A program made the translations under genes and the position numbers. Below the pieces are notes generated by a model. That model did no database searches, was not told where the DNA came from, and saw only the letters and a program-made list of their open reading frames with translations. 64,000 bases of DNA from Planctomycetota bacterium (lineage in GTDB: Bacteria; Planctomycetota; Planctomycetia; Pirellulales; PNKZ01): the NCBI GenBank assembly GCA_018242585.1, contig JAFEBQ010000004.1, forward strand, positions 35,558 to 99,557, read 5' to 3'. Shown piece after piece: positions 63,165 to 64,000 of the stretch (positions within the stretch are counted from its first letter, which is position 1; each line of letters begins with the position of its first letter).

Positions 63165-64000
63165 TCACTGCCCCGGCGCCGCGGTCGGCTGTACAGCGGG
63201 AGCGACCCCCAGGGCCTGGGCTCGCAGCAGATTGCCCAGGTGTTGTGGCCCGGTGGCGGCGCGAAACTGCTTGGCCGCCTCGACGTTGTTTCCTTGCGTC
63301 TCGTAGACCCGGCCCAAGTTGTAATGGGCCGCGCTCGTCCAAGGGCCTTTCGGCGTCGCGATCAACGTGCGGGTCAGCAGATAGTCGATCGCCGAGTCGA
63401 AATTGTCCCGCTCCCACGAGATCAGCCCCAGCCAGTAGCTGGCCTGTTCTTTCATCCGGCGATACATCGCGAGCTTGTCAGGGGGTAATTGCTGGGACTG
63501 GGTGGCGGCGGCCAGGTCTTCCTCGGCGATGCGACATTCGATGTAGTAATGGATCGCGCCGCGCTCGCCGGTGTATCGGCCCAACAAGTGGCGAATCCGT
63601 CCGTGCCAGAGGGGCTTGCCCGGCACCTCGCGAAACGGCGTCAGCTCGGCCGATGCGGCCGCTCGCTCGACCTGGGCCAAGGCCCGCCGCGCCGCGAGTG
63701 GCCGCGTCCAAAGCTGCACGCCAATCAAGCCTGCGCTTTGCGGCAACTGCTTAGCGATGACGCTAGGGGCCACGGTCAGTTCCAGCCGTTGAGCGCCGGC
63801 CAAACGCTGTTCGACAATCCGCGCCCTGCTGGACAAATAGAGAGGCGTCGCTTCAATCAGCGCGACGACGTGATCCAAGTCGGCCGGCGCCAGTGGATAG
63901 GCCTCACCCTCGATGCCAAGCGCCGACAATCGCTCGCGATCGGCGCGCAGTTGGGCCAGCGTCATCACGCCGCGGCCGTCGCGAGGGCGGATGGGCAGCC
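63165..64000 (-). CDS. hypothetical protein, C-terminal part (ORF open to window edge), TPR-like helical C-terminus
   Basis: The frame stays open upstream of the GTG at 63968 to nt 64000 (..LPIRPRDGRGV-MTLAQL). The C-terminal AHYNLGRVYETQGNNVEAAKQF resembles a TPR unit. Confidence 0.7.
   Translation of the reverse strand, partial: LPIRPRDGRGVMTLAQLRADRERLSALGIEGEAYPLAPADLDHVVALIEATPLYLSSRARIVEQRLAGAQRLELTVAPSVIAKQLPQSAGLIGVQLWTRPLAARRALAQVERAAASAELTPFREVPGKPLWHGRIRHLLGRYTGERGAIHYYIECRIAEEDLAAATQSQQLPPDKLAMYRRMKEQASYWLGLISWERDNFDSAIDYLLTRTLIATPKGPWTSAAHYNLGRVYETQGNNVEAAKQFRAATGPQHLGNLLRAQALGVAPAVQPTAAPGQ

Overview
GC-rich bacterial chromosomal segment with gene content typical of Planctomycetota: PSCyt1/PSCyt2/PSD1 + DUF1501 gene pairs, three tandem formylglycine-type sulfatases, an ECF sigma factor paired with a membrane Ser/Thr kinase, an HlyD-type adaptor, and many palindromic intergenic repeats. 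I recognised no rRNA, tRNA, CRISPR array, transposase or integrase. One uninterrupted 30,429-nt ORF (22411..52839, 47.5% of the window) dominates. It encodes a 10,142-aa secreted, PEP-CTERM-tailed protein made almost entirely of autotransporter-associated beta-strand (PATR-like) repeats. Internal landmarks suggest it is an in-frame concatenation of several once-independent proteins. Upstream of it lie a divergent LuxR-type HTH gene and a 1.1-kb non-coding region with a correctly spaced -24/-12 (sigma-54) promoter candidate. Further upstream are a second such promoter in front of a small His-rich ORF, and a histidine kinase + sigma-54 enhancer-binding protein operon. Together these form a candidate dedicated regulatory circuit for the giant surface protein. 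A ~157-nt structured repeat abuts the stop codons of unrelated genes. All family assignments come from motif recognition by eye on the supplied translations. No database search, HMM search or folding program was run.
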